A DNA stretch of 57,401 nucleotides, counting the filler, from Sphacelaria rigidula (taxonomy: Eukaryota), in the NCBI GenBank assembly GCA_964200075.2. It is 6 parts of 6 records of this genome, joined end to end, with 100 filler letters (N's around TTAATTAATTAA, not from the genome) between each part and the next. Parts side by side here need not be neighbours in the genome. Positions count along the whole stretch, not along the records: positions 28,753 to 38,235 come from CAXNAA020008384.1; positions 38,336 to 47,818 come from CAXNAA020008385.1; positions 47,919 to 57,401 come from CAXNAA020008386.1; 3 more parts are not named here. One strand, 5' to 3'. The position numbers and the translations under genes are program-made. Of the stretch, positions 36,400 through 48,991 are shown piece after piece (the first letter of the stretch is position 1; each line of letters starts with the position of its first letter). Under the pieces are notes generated by a model, which ran no database searches, was not told the origin of the DNA, and saw only the letters and a program-made list of their open reading frames with translations.

Positions 36400-38050
36400 C
36401 GCCCTCCCGTGTCTTCCCCCGATCGCGTACTGTATTTTTCACACACTGTGCGCTCTCGTTCTCTCACGCCGACGTGGATTTAGATGCACCTTCCGGCACA
36501 AGTGCGGGGCCTGGGAGCTCGTTTATGGGGAACGCTTCCCAGGTGCCCACGACCTTAAACTCTGCCAACAACCCCGAGGTGTTGAATATTCCCCAAAAGG
36601 ATTGTGTGATGACTTCCTTGATGGTTATGGCTCCCTCGCTAAATTGGTATCGCTTCGTCCCGTCCTCGTCTGACACGATCCGTCACGCCGACAAAAAAGC
36701 GGAAGGGGTGGACGCCACATGGAATCAACGCTATATCCTCGAAGCCATCGTTGTTGGGAGTATTACAGGATACGCACATGGTGGCTTAGACGGCAAGTGC
36801 ACGGTGCCGTGTGGGTATACATCAATACTGCGACGGGTTATATCAGGGCAACGCCTACGGGTGACGTAAAATGCACGTCGGATATGCTAATCCTGCACAA
36901 ACGAACGACTTCGTCTGTGCAAGTCACCATGGGCTCGAGGACATTTGTTGCGTTCCCTGCCTCAACAAAATCAAGAAAATGAACGATCAAGACTGCAGCA
37001 TCATGCAAGCGTTTTCCCATCACCGCATCGTGTAGTGTATGGCATGACAAATGTTGCTTGACCCACCTTCGATTGTGTCGATGAAAGCGTTCAAGTATAT
37101 CTTTCCATCTGGAACCGCAGACAGACCTTCCACCTGTGCGATGAACGTGATGAAATCTCGTCCGTCTTCCGGGCTCCGTTCCGGTTCCCACACGAACCCA
37201 CTGGAACGTATACCGTCAACACCAAGTGCACAACGAGGATATCCAAAGGTGAATCTCAGGCGGGCAGCGAGCGACGCGACAGTGCAATCGTTATCTGCTG
37301 ATGACTAAAAAACACAAGCTGCAAACAATCATACGCTTGTCCTTCCACCCCACCCAAGTAAGAGGCAGCCAATCAACGAATTCGCCCGTTGTAAGGTCTC
37401 CCGAGTGTGTTGTTTGCTGCATTTCAAGAGTCGGCCGATGTCCGGGAGGACTGTGTTGCGGCGTGCGCCAGTTGATACCTCGAGATTCCGTGCGTACTCC
37501 CAACGTCGATTGTTCGACCATGTAACGAACTTCACGGCGTTTTAGCCTCTTGCCCTCATTTCCATGCAGTGTATTCCCCTCAGAGCAGCTGCACTTCGAG
37601 ACAAATACACATGAAGCACACATTTCAACTAGCTGTGGAAGTGCTACTCAAGCAAGTCCGCTCTCAATTCAATGAAAAAAATATAACACACCGTTTGACG
37701 AAGCGGTGTCCCTCCTCCACCAGCAATATGTTGTCGTTGGACGAGAACTTGGTGCAAAATGTCAGCCTTACGGGCACCCGGTTCTTGGCTGTTTTCGTAC
37801 CACGAATTTCCAAAACTACTTTCCAGCAGCTGTCCAGCAAGGTCCGAGGTAGCGGGACGGCCTGCGCAATGATGTGTCATGTTGATGACGATGCACAATG
37901 AATACGTGGACCAGGGCGGGGGCAATATGTCGGGGAGAGGTTATGCTGTTCAATACTGCCCTAAAAAGACGTGGAGTGCGGGGGGTCATTCGACGTCCGG
38001 TGGTATCCAGCCTTGAAGCATTGAGCATTACATACACGAAGTATCATGAT
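36400..38050 (-). pseudogene. Possible decayed transposase-like coding remnant
   Basis: Intron-free, stop-riddled but protein-like minus-strand stretches (..LDSCWKVVLEIRG..VRLTFCTKFS..CFMCICLE..; ..VEGLSAVPDGKIYLNAFIDTIEGGSSNICHAIHY..; ..LIVHFLDFVEAG..). Catalytic motifs not confidently seen. Confidence 0.3.
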
Positions 38051-38164
38051 AGTGTAAAAGCATTGCAAGCATTGGATGCCCGACCGGTGCAGTATAGCAA
38101 GCCAGCCTCCAGCCCTTTTTTATCGATCGGTCATTGCGGTTTCGAATCCTCCCCTTATTTGTAC

Positions 38165-38235
38165 ATGGTCAATGGTCAAACGACTAAGGCAAGCAACAAG
38201 TGAGTACGCCCCCCCCCCCCCTTCCCCCCCCCCCC
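38165..38235 (+). mobile_element. 3' end of the poly(C)-tailed non-LTR family
   Basis: TGGTCAATGGTCAAACGACTAAGGCAAGCAACAAGTGAGTACG followed by a C-run into the contig end (reads VNGQTTKASNK*). Confidence 0.75.
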
Positions 38236-38335
38236 NNNNNNNNNNNNNNNNNNNNNNNNNNNNNNNNNNNNNNNNNNNNTTAATTAATTAANNNNNNNNN
38301 NNNNNNNNNNNNNNNNNNNNNNNNNNNNNNNNNNN
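38236..38335. other. Artificial contig-join linker
   Basis: N run with TTAATTAATTAA at 38280-38291. Confidence 0.97.
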
Positions 38336-39479
38336 AGCCTGTACAGGCTGGTTCAGATTGAATACCCAAAATTTATTCCCCGGCTGATGACGAACGCAAT
38401 ACCCAGCCAATATGCACAAATGTGGTATTATACTGACCGCAATGAACAGACGAAAAGCGTAACATAGCCGGATTTTTGTTCAAGGCCATAGCGGTGGCGC
38501 TATGGACAAAAATATGTCTCGACCAATCAGCGCCTTTCAAATTGTTCGGAAATTGAAAACACGAATTCCAAGCCCAATTTCCACCGAATCTCCACATGGT
38601 TCAAATCGAAGTAACCGTCATCAGCTTGGGAAGCTAACGGAAGGAGCAGATTTGAAAACGGTTACAACGGGGTCGAATTTTGCCCCAAACCGTAATGTTT
38701 CGGTGATGTGGAGCTTTGGCGTCGTCTAATTTCCACACATGATACGCACGAAAGAACCACGGAGCCTCGAGACGATTTCCCTTTTATCTGTTGGAGAAAA
38801 GCTCAGATCATCCTCAAACTTGGCAGTTCCGTAGGTATTGATGCTCCAAATGGAAAAAAAAATTATATCCTTGGCAAGATTTCAAAGTTTCTCCGTTCTC
38901 TACCGGCTTCCGGGGGTCCCAGCATAAAGACCCCAGGAAATCGGTACATAACGCTCCAACACCAAAATTTTGACATCATAGGGTTAGGTGGTATCCCAAG
39001 GAACATGTGTACCAATTTTCGTTGCTCAACTCGAAGAACTGAATCGGCTGGGTCTTTTACCGTAAAAACAACCCCCAAACCCGGCAATTCTGTACTTTAA
39101 TCAAGTAATTACAAACTTTTTTTATACTTCAGCACACACTCTGGCATTTCCTCACGCCGTTTTTTCGAGTTAGACAACGAAAATTTGCACACATGATGTG
39201 GAGGGCACCATCTAAAACTCGAAGACCGTTTTTATTTTTTATTTTTTTTGTTGGTGGCTTTTTATCCAAGGTCGCGGTTGACCCACTTGACCGGGGGAGG
39301 GGTCAGATCCCGACTATCTCGACACACAAAAAGAAAAAACGGTCTTCGAGTTTTAGATGGTGCCCTCAAGAACATGTGTGCATATCTTCGTGGTCTAACT
39401 CGAAAAAACGGCGTGAGGATATCCCGGGGAATATATTTTGGGCGTTCAATCTGAACCAGCTCGTACATATATCTAGGCT
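38336..39479. mobile_element. About 1.1-kb non-autonomous TIR element containing a 270-bp hairpin
   Basis: AGCCT..GCTGGTTCAGATTGAATACCCAAAATTTATTCCCCGG (38336-38383) is inverted at 39424-39479. Internal arms CCTCACGCCGTTTTTTCGAGTTAGAC..GAGGGCACCATCTAAAACTCGAAGACCGTTTT (39150-39233) pair with 39335-39418. Confidence 0.8.
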
Positions 39480-41259
39480 CTGTTCCCCGTCCTCCAACGA
39501 GGGCCATGACCGGTCTTGTCGATATGGCGTGGGAAGGGTCTTTTCGGCGGGTGTAGGGCCGGGAGCCAGGATCGCCTTCAAGGGGTGATCCCATCTCACC
39601 ACCAGCCTTTGCCAAGGCCGTGGTGTGGTGGTAGAGTTGGGTCAGCACGTTGCTCATTAGGCACACCCACCCCTGTTGTAATGCAGCATGGTATGCCAAC
39701 ACCCTGAGTGCGGGCATAGTGGGATTCGGTGTGCGCGCGGAGACAGATGATACCGCTGTCGAAAGTTGGCACGCACACCTTTGATACAACGGAGCGTGTG
39801 CCGGTGTGTTGACTGGTTTCGGCGACAAAGATGGAGGAGGGGCGGTCATCGACGGACGGGTTAGGTCTAGTTGAGCCTCCTGGACGAGACACTGACTACA
39901 GACAAGAACCGGTGTGCATAACGAAGGAGGAAGTGTTTCATCACGAAAGGAAGCATAGGGGGCACTGTTTGAGATCATGGACACCAGCGAGGATGTGCGT
40001 TTGGGTTGGCCATGGACGCTGGTGAGGACAGATGGGAGCGTCAGGAGGTCAACACCGAAGAGGACCTTGCAGCGGAGAAGAGCAGAGCAGGCGGTAATTT
40101 TTTCGTTGAGGGCGGAATACTTTTTTGCTGTTGGGTTTTTGATACAGTCGTTTGTTGTGCATACCATATACAGATGGTATCCCACATTTTCATGGTTGAA
40201 TATAGGGTGAACAGATTCTGTCTTTTGCTCATAGCGCTATGCCGTGTGTAGACTAGACACGCCCTATCTGTTGTGTTTCCATGACGATGCTACTTGACCA
40301 GAACCCGAGGGAGATCGTAGTTCCTGGCTTTTCCTCCTCGTTGCCATCGGCTCTTCCTTTTGTGTTCTCCTTGTCTTTTTGGATCTTCATATCCGACGTC
40401 ATTCAGTCTCCGGTGCGCAGGCTCGGTAAAGGGTCTCTTTGAGCAGCACTCTAGACAGTAGATCTATTTCGGGATTGGTCTCTGTTTTACGCGACAGTTT
40501 CGATTGTCATCTTACTCGCAGTTACTTCTCTGTGTATACACCAGTACGTGGCAAGTTAGTCGGAGATATTGCACGCTGGGACTTTTTAGATTCCAGTTGT
40601 TGTCCTGTAGTTTAATCGGTCTTATACGGATGTATCGCAGTGTAGGTGCCTTTTTTCGTGCAGATGTTTTTGTTTCGTGCTTTCCTCTGCGGGTTGTTTG
40701 GGTTATGGGTATGGGTGGTATGTAGTATGCTCCTTGCACTCTGTGACCACGGGTTCGAGAGGTCGGGCTAATGTGACGAACATAATAACAATAGTAATTA
40801 CCGTCATACTATTCTGGAAGCACCAGACACCGATGGGCGTGTGCCGTAGTTTTGCCGGCAAACAGGCATCATAGTAAACGTAGTAGGTCAGTGTTTTGCG
40901 ACGATAAGGTCACGTTATTCAACACACTGAGGAAACAAGACACGGCAGAGTAAACGAAGTCGATCAAGCATGTAATCCTCAAAGTATGGATGCTCATATG
41001 TCGAACATTTCTGTCGGTACATCCTCAAAGATCTTCGACTCGATTCCTCTCTCTACACCTCACAAGTTTACTACCATAGAGTTACCCGGAGTTGGTCTTC
41101 GTACAAAGTTGGATTACTTGACTTGAGCGTGAACAACGAGAATAGGATCTTTAGTGAGGCTTGGCACCCCCATGTGCTCCTAGCGTACGCAGAACGCGTT
41201 TTCGTCCAAATCAGCGCCAATCGCGGCGAATTGAAGTCTACCGACGCCATACATTGATT

Positions 41260-44200
41260 AGGGAACCCTATACACCTCCCTTAGCCAAGGCTTCCCGGTA
41301 TGCCTTGGGTTGGGGTAAGGCTTAGGGCTTGTGATAGTTGTGAAATGTGTAAACCATGGATAGGCTCTTCCCTCCCCGGGCTGCCTCCCGGCCTGGGGCA
41401 GGTGTGTGAACTGCAACCCTGCACGCACACACATGAAGTGTAGAGGAAATGTATCATCGTCGACAGTAGCAACAACAGCAACAGCAGTAGTAGGGTAGCA
41501 ATCGTCTTGCTTCCCCACCTGATGCTTACGCTCGACGATGATGACGGTACTAAATCCTCGTGCGGCAGAATTTTTCCCGAGAGAGTTTTTCCCAACGACA
41601 AAATTTGCCGCGGCTGCGCAGCCCGCGGCAGCGGCACCAGGTAACCGTCGCCGAAAGCATGGGATACGTAGCAAGGAGAGTAGAACTGCTAGGTATTTAC
41701 ACGTGTGTAAGCACAAGAAACGATGTGGTGGTGGAACCGGTCGAGGCATTTCGAGACTGCTGCCCCCGAAATCATGTCTGATAACAAGCACACACGGAGC
41801 AATGCCAATATCAGGAGAGAACTATATCCTTGCATGTGAAAGGACAGAGGAGAAGAAAAAACGCGCCGCTCGAAAAAAGAGGCGCCGGAGACGAACAGAT
41901 CGGAGGGCTGTCGACAAGAGAAAAAAGACTGCGAGGACGAGGGCCAGGATCGGCGAGCTTACTGTCGGCACCTACAATGTTCGCATGCTCGCTTTCAAAG
42001 GTGCAAACGGCATTGACCACAGCGAGATTGCTCTGAAACCTTGTGAGAGTCTAGATGGCGATGTCGTGGGTTTGCAAGAAACTAGAAGAGATGGCCAATC
42101 GGTGTTCAGTGCGGCGAGATTTACGGTATGCTGTTCTGGTGACACAAACGGGGCGGAAAGGAGGGCAGGACAACATGGGGTAGGGATCGCTATCAAGGAG
42201 TCGATCCTGGAGGAGATGGGGGGAAGAGGTGCTACAGTCGATTACCTCAGTGCTCGACTTTTGAAGGTGAAACTTGAACTACACGGCAAACCCAACGCAG
42301 TATCATTTGCAGTTGGATATGCCCCAACGGAGACCGCTCCGCTGCGCGACAAAAACAACTTTTTGGATGATGTATCCAATATCATCTCACAAGTACCTGG
42401 CAAGGAACATCTATTCGTCATGATGGATGCCAACGCCCGCACTGAAAAACGAGGGGAGGGGTGTGGAGAGAATGATAGCAAGGTATTTGGCGAATACAGG
42501 CGAGGCGTACTGAACGATAACGGTGAGAGGCTACTGGCCTTCGCAGAGAAACAACGCCTTACCGTGCTCAACACGTTCTTCAGAACACCCAAGCGGGGCA
42601 TCTCGTACACTTTCCAAAGCTCGAACGCTGGGTAGGGACGCTATCGTCTTGACTACATTCTCAACAGACAGAGGGACCGAAAACTCATACGCAGCGTCTC
42701 CGTCCGCCGCCCACCACCCGGAAAACGCTAGTCTGATCATAACCTCGTATTCGCAAAGGTCCCGCTTCGTGGTCGCTTCGCGCCCAATCGCAAAATGCGG
42801 AAACATGTACCAAGACGCAGAACCACCGGCCTTAAAAGGCTGATGACTGACCCAGAATTGAGAGCAATGACGTTGCAAACGGCCTTTCCTCTCTACCCCT
42901 TGCCTACAGACGCCACCGCCACTGACATGGCTGTAGGCCTTATCAAGATGCTGATACACTCCGCAGCAGACACCGCACCTCACTAGATAAACCAACGAGG
43001 ATCCCACGGCTGGTGCGCGAGTGCCGAGGCCAAGGCAAACAGCCACACTGCATGGATGGCGAGGGAAACCGCACGGAGAGCATCGGTGCCAACGCCCGCT
43101 GACACCAACCTCAAGAAAGTCTTGAAAAAGACCAATCAGGAACTCGGTCGCGTTAGAGCACATGCGGTGGAGAGATACTTCGAGACCTACGTCAGCTGAC
43201 TTGAGGCGCACATCGCGGAAGGTGGCCAACGCGGTTTCTACAGGCACCTGGAGGGAGTGGATATCGAAGGAAGGGAACTATGTAGCTCACAGCAGCAATA
43301 TATCCTCGACAACAAGGGTAAACTGCTCAGAGACGTGAAGCTCATCCGCGCACGGTGGGTGTAGTGGCTTCACACCCTCCTCAACACCAAGTCGCTCCAC
43401 CTCAACCCAGCAATCATGGACGAACTCCAGGCGCGACTCCCGAGCACGTCGCTGGGCGTGGTGCCTGCGATAGACGAGACAGCGGATGCCATACGATCTA
43501 TGTCCAACGGAGAAGCCGTTGGCCCAAATGAACTGTCGGCTGAGCTGTTAAAGATAATCCTCGACGGTGACGACACTAGCGGACTACAGAGATTCCACGC
43601 TATCATCGTTGACATCTGGGGCGGAGCAGCGGTACCACAAGAATGGGAGGATGCCATCATCATAGTTCTCAACAAAAAAGACGACTGGACGGAATGTGGG
43701 AACTATAGAGGGATGTCATTCGTGTCACACGCCAGCAAAGTGCTCCTCAAGATAACCGCCCGCCGCCTGAGCACCTACTACGAGGGTAATGGAATTCTGC
43801 CTCAAGATCAGTGCGGCTTTCGCCTGAGACGCTCAACCGTCGACATGATGTTCACTGTCCGACGACTCCAGGAACTTGGCCGGAGACAACAGATCCCGCC
43901 CTACATGCGTTTCGTTTACTTCACGAAAGCATACGATTCTGTCAACCGCCCATTGCTGTGGAAAGTTCTGGAACGCAATGGCGTCCCAACCATCATGCTC
44001 TCGATAATCCAATTCCACGATGGTATGCAAGCTCGGGTGCGCACGGACCACGGGGAATACCCGGAATGGTTCAACATCGGACAGGGCCTCCGACAAGGAT
44101 CCGTCCTGGCACCACTGCTGCTCAACAGTTTCTTCACGGCGGTGCTCAGGGTGGTCCTGGCAACCTTCAGCGATGACCCAGACATCTTGGGGGACCTGGT

Positions 44201-45709
44201 GCGAGCCCGAAAGCGCGATAAGGGAGATTTCCACCAGGATTGTGCGGTAACACGGGTCGAGCCAGGCGTGATCATAGCAGTCGCTGCGGAAGGGGTACGG
44301 CCTTTATGGAGTATGCTGCATGCCGATGACGCCTGCATCGTCTCGCAGACATCATCGAGCCTCGAGAAGATGATGATGGTGATTGTGACGATCTATGGGG
44401 AGTTCGGGTTGACCGTGTCGGAGGCAAAGACCAAGACCCTCCGACTGCACTCACAGGCGGGGCATCCCGACATCAACGCGGCTGGCCAGGTATACCAACA
44501 AACAACTTCGTATACCTGGGGGGTTCAATCACGGAGAGCGGCGATCTCTCCGTGGAAATCAATAAGCGCGTACAATGAGTATGGGCGAACCACCACCAGT
44601 ACAAAGTCCAGCTGTACAATCGACCGAGCGCGGCCGTCCACCTCAAGGTCCGCATGATCTAAGCCGAAGCAGATGAGGTGCTTCTGTACGGGTGCGTCAC
44701 ATGGGCCCCTCTAAACGCCCATTGCAATCTACTGCCCACGACCCACGCTGCGTTGCTCGGGCGCTGCCTTGGACGGCCAAGCGCAATAGCACAGATCACG
44801 TTCTGTCATACCGAGAGATCCTCGGGAGGACAGGATGCGAAAGCATCGAGACGATGGTGAAGAAGAGGAGACTTCGCTTCGCCGGTTTTGCCACGCGTAT
44901 GTCACCCCCACGCGTACCGAAACACGTCATGTTTGGGGAGATAGCAGCCGTGAAGGGGCAAGAACGAGAGTTTAATGGCAGGCACAAGGACTGGATCCGC
45001 TGCCTAGCGGAAGACATGAAGATATTTCGGTATCGAATGGCAGGGGTGGACAACTAGAGCGTCGAATGCAGCAGAGTGGCACAGCTGTCCTGAACAGGGA
45101 GCAGAAAGGTTTATGGCGGACTGGTGCCAAAAGGATGACGCAGAGACAGCGATATGGCACGCGAAAGCTGCAGGCCAAGATGTACCGACATCACCTGGGA
45201 CCGACAGTATAACACCAACTAGACATAGCCTGCGCCAGATACGCAAATCATTGTGTGTGGCTTCCGTCTCTGATTTGCTCACCTCTTGTTCCTGTTGGTT
45301 TCTAGTCTGTTTTTTGTTTCATCTGTGCTCCCCCCTCCACTCCCCCTGGATACAAGTCTGGCTCTGTTTTTTTGTCTCTTGTATTCCTTTCTCCACGTTT
45401 CTTCTCCTATTTTTTTATTGCTTTTCTTTCATCCATTTTTTCCTGTTCCCGATCACGAGCTGAATTTTTGCAATCAACTACGTAATGCGAGATGATTATC
45501 TCGTTGTTTGTGTTTGTGTTTAGCGTGTGTGTTGTTGTCATTGCAGTTCTTGTTGCTGCTGCTTCCTTTCTTCTTTCCCTTCTGTGGCTGTTGCTTCTGT
45601 CTTTTTCTGTTCCTTTCCTTCCTTCTTATTTTGCTTTTTTTTTGCTGCCCCTGACCACGGGCTGGATTGTTGCAATCAGCTTATGTGACAAAATCAATCA
45701 ATCAATCAA
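41260..45709 (+). mobile_element. Near-full-length, inactivated RTE-like non-LTR retrotransposon (APE endonuclease + reverse transcriptase)
   Basis: APE motifs TYNVRML, VGLQETR, GVGIAI, YAPT, MDANAR, NDNGERLL, NTFF, LDYIL, SDHNLV (about 41960-42760). RT motifs NYRGMS, QCGFR, KAYDSV, GLRQGSVLAPLL, LHADD, FVYLG (about 43400-44530). C-terminal RRLRFAG..PKHVMFGE. Pyrimidine-rich 3' UTR and (AATC)4 tail at 45692-45707. Multiple stops/frameshifts. 5' boundary approximate; no TSD found. Confidence 0.93.
41538..45057 (+). pseudogene. Disrupted LINE ORF (endonuclease-reverse transcriptase)
   Basis: Fragments 41538-42635, 43416-44657 and 44692-45057 in the ORF track. In-frame stops (e.g. TAG 42633-42635) and YADD changed to HADD. 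Confidence 0.9.
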
Positions 45710-46779
45710 AATATAGCCTAATTTGCGATGCATGTGTCTTCGAAAGCACTGACACCAGATGTCGGTGCCTGTACAAGTCTGTCTGAGAGTCATTCTCCAT
45801 TCTTCCCATTCCGAGACGTGATCGCAGATGACTCACTCACCATGTACGAAATACAGCGCAGTATTTGCGCATGCGAGTAGCATTTACTAAAAGCCATCAT
45901 TTGAGGCCAAGGTTCTCTTCATGATTCCAAAGGATAGTGCGATATTTGTTGGTCGTGCTATCAAATTCACGTCCGATTGTCGATTGACGGCGCGGGTATA
46001 TCACAACAGGACTTAGCAGAATCGATAGCCGCGGGTCTGCACAACGCATGTTGATCAGTGTTAGTTGGCTCCCTATCGATAAAGATATCGTCAACTACGT
46101 GCACGGTGTGTGGGCATGGAGCATGAGGTCGAAACGATCACTATGAAGAAGATATGAGCACGGATGCTTTGCTGCACATGGCTCTTCATGGCGAAATCCA
46201 ACTTCTCTGGGCCTCGTACTACTGTACACCTATGGTGTACAGTTTGCTGTATTTTGCACTTTAGGTGGAAGTCACGTCGTCTGATTGCTTGCTCGTAGTT
46301 GAAAGTCTGTTGACCGGCCTTGCAATCGCGATTAAAAGCCAGTACAACACGGTTTAAGTCAGAGTTGGATGTGGGCTCGACTGAAGCTGAATCAGATACG
46401 CCTTGCTGTCCCGGTACTTGTACGGTTTTTCGACGCCTGTCGCCTTGCTTAATTCACGGCATGAATCGCATCGCGTCAAGTCTTCCGCAATAAGTTTTTC
46501 ATCGTCTGAACAGTACACGGTTCGCACGAATCAGATTTCACACGGGTTGACCCCCCATGCATGTTGATACGAATCATGTGTCATACGGGTTGACTCCCGA
46601 TGAATGTAGAATGCGAATCATGTACCAAGGAGTCATCCAGTATGATTCACGGATGATCAAGTTGTATGTTCAAGGTCGTAGCGCACGAACCACGAACTAG
46701 GAATTTGTATACTCCAAGTAGTATCAGACGAATAATCAGTGTATAATATGTACGAATCACGCTTCCTGTATGAATCAGT

Positions 46780-47765
46780 GGTGGGAAACGTGTAAACTTG
46801 ATTCGTCCCGTATGAACCGAACAATGGTCAAACGACTAAGGCAAGCAACAAATGAGTACGCCCCCCCGTATGAACCGAAGATAGGGGACATGTACGTACG
46901 ATTCATGCTGCATGAACGGAAATAAGGAAATGTGTACGCTTGATTCACCTAGGAAGAATATAAGGTAGGGAACATGTACGTATGATTCATGCTGCATGGA
47001 TGAAAGGGGAGATACACGAGCGCTTGGTTTACCTCGTATGAATGGAAGGTGGGAAACATGTATCTATGATTCATGCTCACGAACGCAAGGTGGAACACAC
47101 GTACATGACTCACGTGATTCATGCTGTACGAATCATAAGAAAATAAACAGCTGGAAGAATCACTCTGGGCGCGTAGATGCGTGCTGTGCCATGCTGTACC
47201 GTACTGTCCGCGGACTGCAGAGTACGCTGCCGGAGTTTTCCTGAAAGCTCTCGCGAGCATGCGGGGACGACTCGTGCTGGTGCTGTGTTCTTCGCGAGTG
47301 TGTGTGGTATTGCATACAGTATGTTCAGGCCAACTGTACCACAGAACACAACATGAAACCACACTGACTATCGATAGCATAGCTCGGGGGAAAACTGGCT
47401 AGAAGAACCTCTCTGGGCACGCAGATGCGTATGTTGTACTATAGTTGATGTGTTCCGTGTGGGTACAAAGATTGGAATTGGGTTTATTGCGGATTTGACT
47501 ATTGAGGGGTTCGCGACCTGTACGCTCTTATTTGCGTACGCCACCTGCAAAATGGCTGCGCCATCGAAGGGTCGCACCTCGTCAAATGACATATGGGAAA
47601 CAACATGTTCACATGATTTATATCATACGAACAGAACGTGGAGAACATGTATGCATGATTCGCACTGCATAAATGAAAAGTGGGAAACATATACACTTGA
47701 TGCGTCTTGTATGAATGGAAGGTAGGGAACATGTACGTATGGTTCATGCCGCATGAATGGAAATT
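46780..47765 (+). repeat. Degenerate minisatellite, about 42-43 bp period, two blocks (46780-47135, 47594-47765)
   Basis: Recurrent GGGAAACATGTACGTATGATTCATGCTGCATGAATGGAAGGT-like units. Confidence 0.75.
46822..46864 (+). mobile_element. 43-bp retro-insertion (poly(C)-tail family) with 15-bp TSD
   Basis: CCCGTATGAACCGAA at 46807-46821 and 46865-46879 flanks CAATGGTCAAACGACTAAGGCAAGCAACAAATGAGTACGCCCC. Confidence 0.88.
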
Positions 47766-47818
47766 AACAGCCGATTTTATATTTTGGGGTTCAAACAAAA
47801 TATGGGGCTGAAGTGGCA

Positions 47819-47918
47819 NNNNNNNNNNNNNNNNNNNNNNNNNNNNNNNNNNNNNNNNNNNNTTAATTAATTAANNNNNNNNNNNNNNNNNNNNNNNNNN
47901 NNNNNNNNNNNNNNNNNN
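47819..47918. other. Artificial contig-join linker
   Basis: N run with TTAATTAATTAA at 47863-47874. Confidence 0.97.
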
Positions 47919-48991
47919 AGGCCACAACAAGCAAAAAATTATGAAAGCGGACCAGAAACGTTGCATCAAACACACGGCAAAATCCCCCCCCCTTCCCCCC
48001 CCCCCCCAAAAAAACAAACAAACAAACCAAAACTGTCACGAAAAAAATGGCCATACAGCGTACTATGTTTGGGTTCAGGCTGAACGAAGCACCTCATATT
48101 GGCGACATCGGCTGGAACGAACCCAAGCGTGGGACTTTCCAGCTGCTCGTTGTGCTCGGCTTGTACCATCTCGATTTGCGTGAAAATTTTGCCTCCAAAA
48201 ACCATGCACTTTTGGGGGGAGGGGGCTATCGTAGAAAGTGTCATATCATGTCATTGTCTAGGGTGAGATTAATTTATTCACGTCCTCGCGTTTTCAACAT
48301 CGGAAAGTGAGACATACTCCTGTTCGAAAAAAAAAAAAAAGCGAATGGAATCGTATCAGCTAGGAGTCAAACCCCACTACTATGATACTGTGCGCCCTAA
48401 CCGACTTCACTATGTACCAGTTACGGTCACGCAACGGTCGCGCGCCGATAATTATACGTGTCGCAAGAGGATCTGGTTCGGTTGGTATCTCACGCACCTT
48501 CCTTAGACCATCACTAACACATACACAGGTCACGCGCTACGTGGATGTATACCATTTGCTCGAAATCCGACAAGAATGTAGCAAGCTATGGCTGATACAC
48601 CCCTTCGACCTACCAACCAACCGTAGCGCCGTGCTACATTTTTTTCATCTACTCGTCGCACTTTGAACCCCTCCCCTTCCTCAGGACGAGTCTGCGGTTT
48701 CAAGTGATCAACCCATCTCTCCCCGGTACACGCCTTGCATTTTGGTCTCGCGGATTGGATCATGACCATCAGCACTCCCGCACCGCGTCAGCTCACACCA
48801 AGCAAACTTGGTCAACTAATGTGTTTACTCACGTTCTCACGCTTTCGTCTTTCGAAGGTGGAAATCAGATACTACGGAGAAAAAACCCAACGCATCGGGA
48901 ATTGATATCCCATTCTCCCGACCCTAATGGCGACAGTCGAACCATTACACCACCGGGGCGCGGCGGCCATAAAAAAAAAAAGTGCGGTTAC

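Noticed and set aside
39262-40185. 307-aa minus-strand ORF
   Set aside because: No domain, runs through a palindromic repeat, and the region looks like decayed repeat sequence.
41260-41640. HDV-like or hammerhead ribozyme in the RTE 5' UTR
   Set aside because: GC-rich hairpins are present (e.g. about 41370-41400), but I could not assemble the P1/P2/P3/P1.1 pseudoknot or a CUGAUGA..GAAA core with valid stems. A covariance-model search would be needed.
45113-45716. Hydrophobic membrane-protein-like ORFs
   Set aside because: Translations of the T/C-rich LINE 3' UTR.
46780-47765. CRISPR-like array next to a reverse transcriptase
   Set aside because: Units are contiguous degenerate tandem repeats without unique spacers, there are no cas genes, the context is eukaryotic, and the RT is an ordinary decayed LINE.
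9529-47874. Periodic TTAATTAATTAA palindrome as a biological repeat or CRISPR-like array
   Set aside because: Always embedded in N runs of fixed length. It is a six-frame-stop assembly linker.
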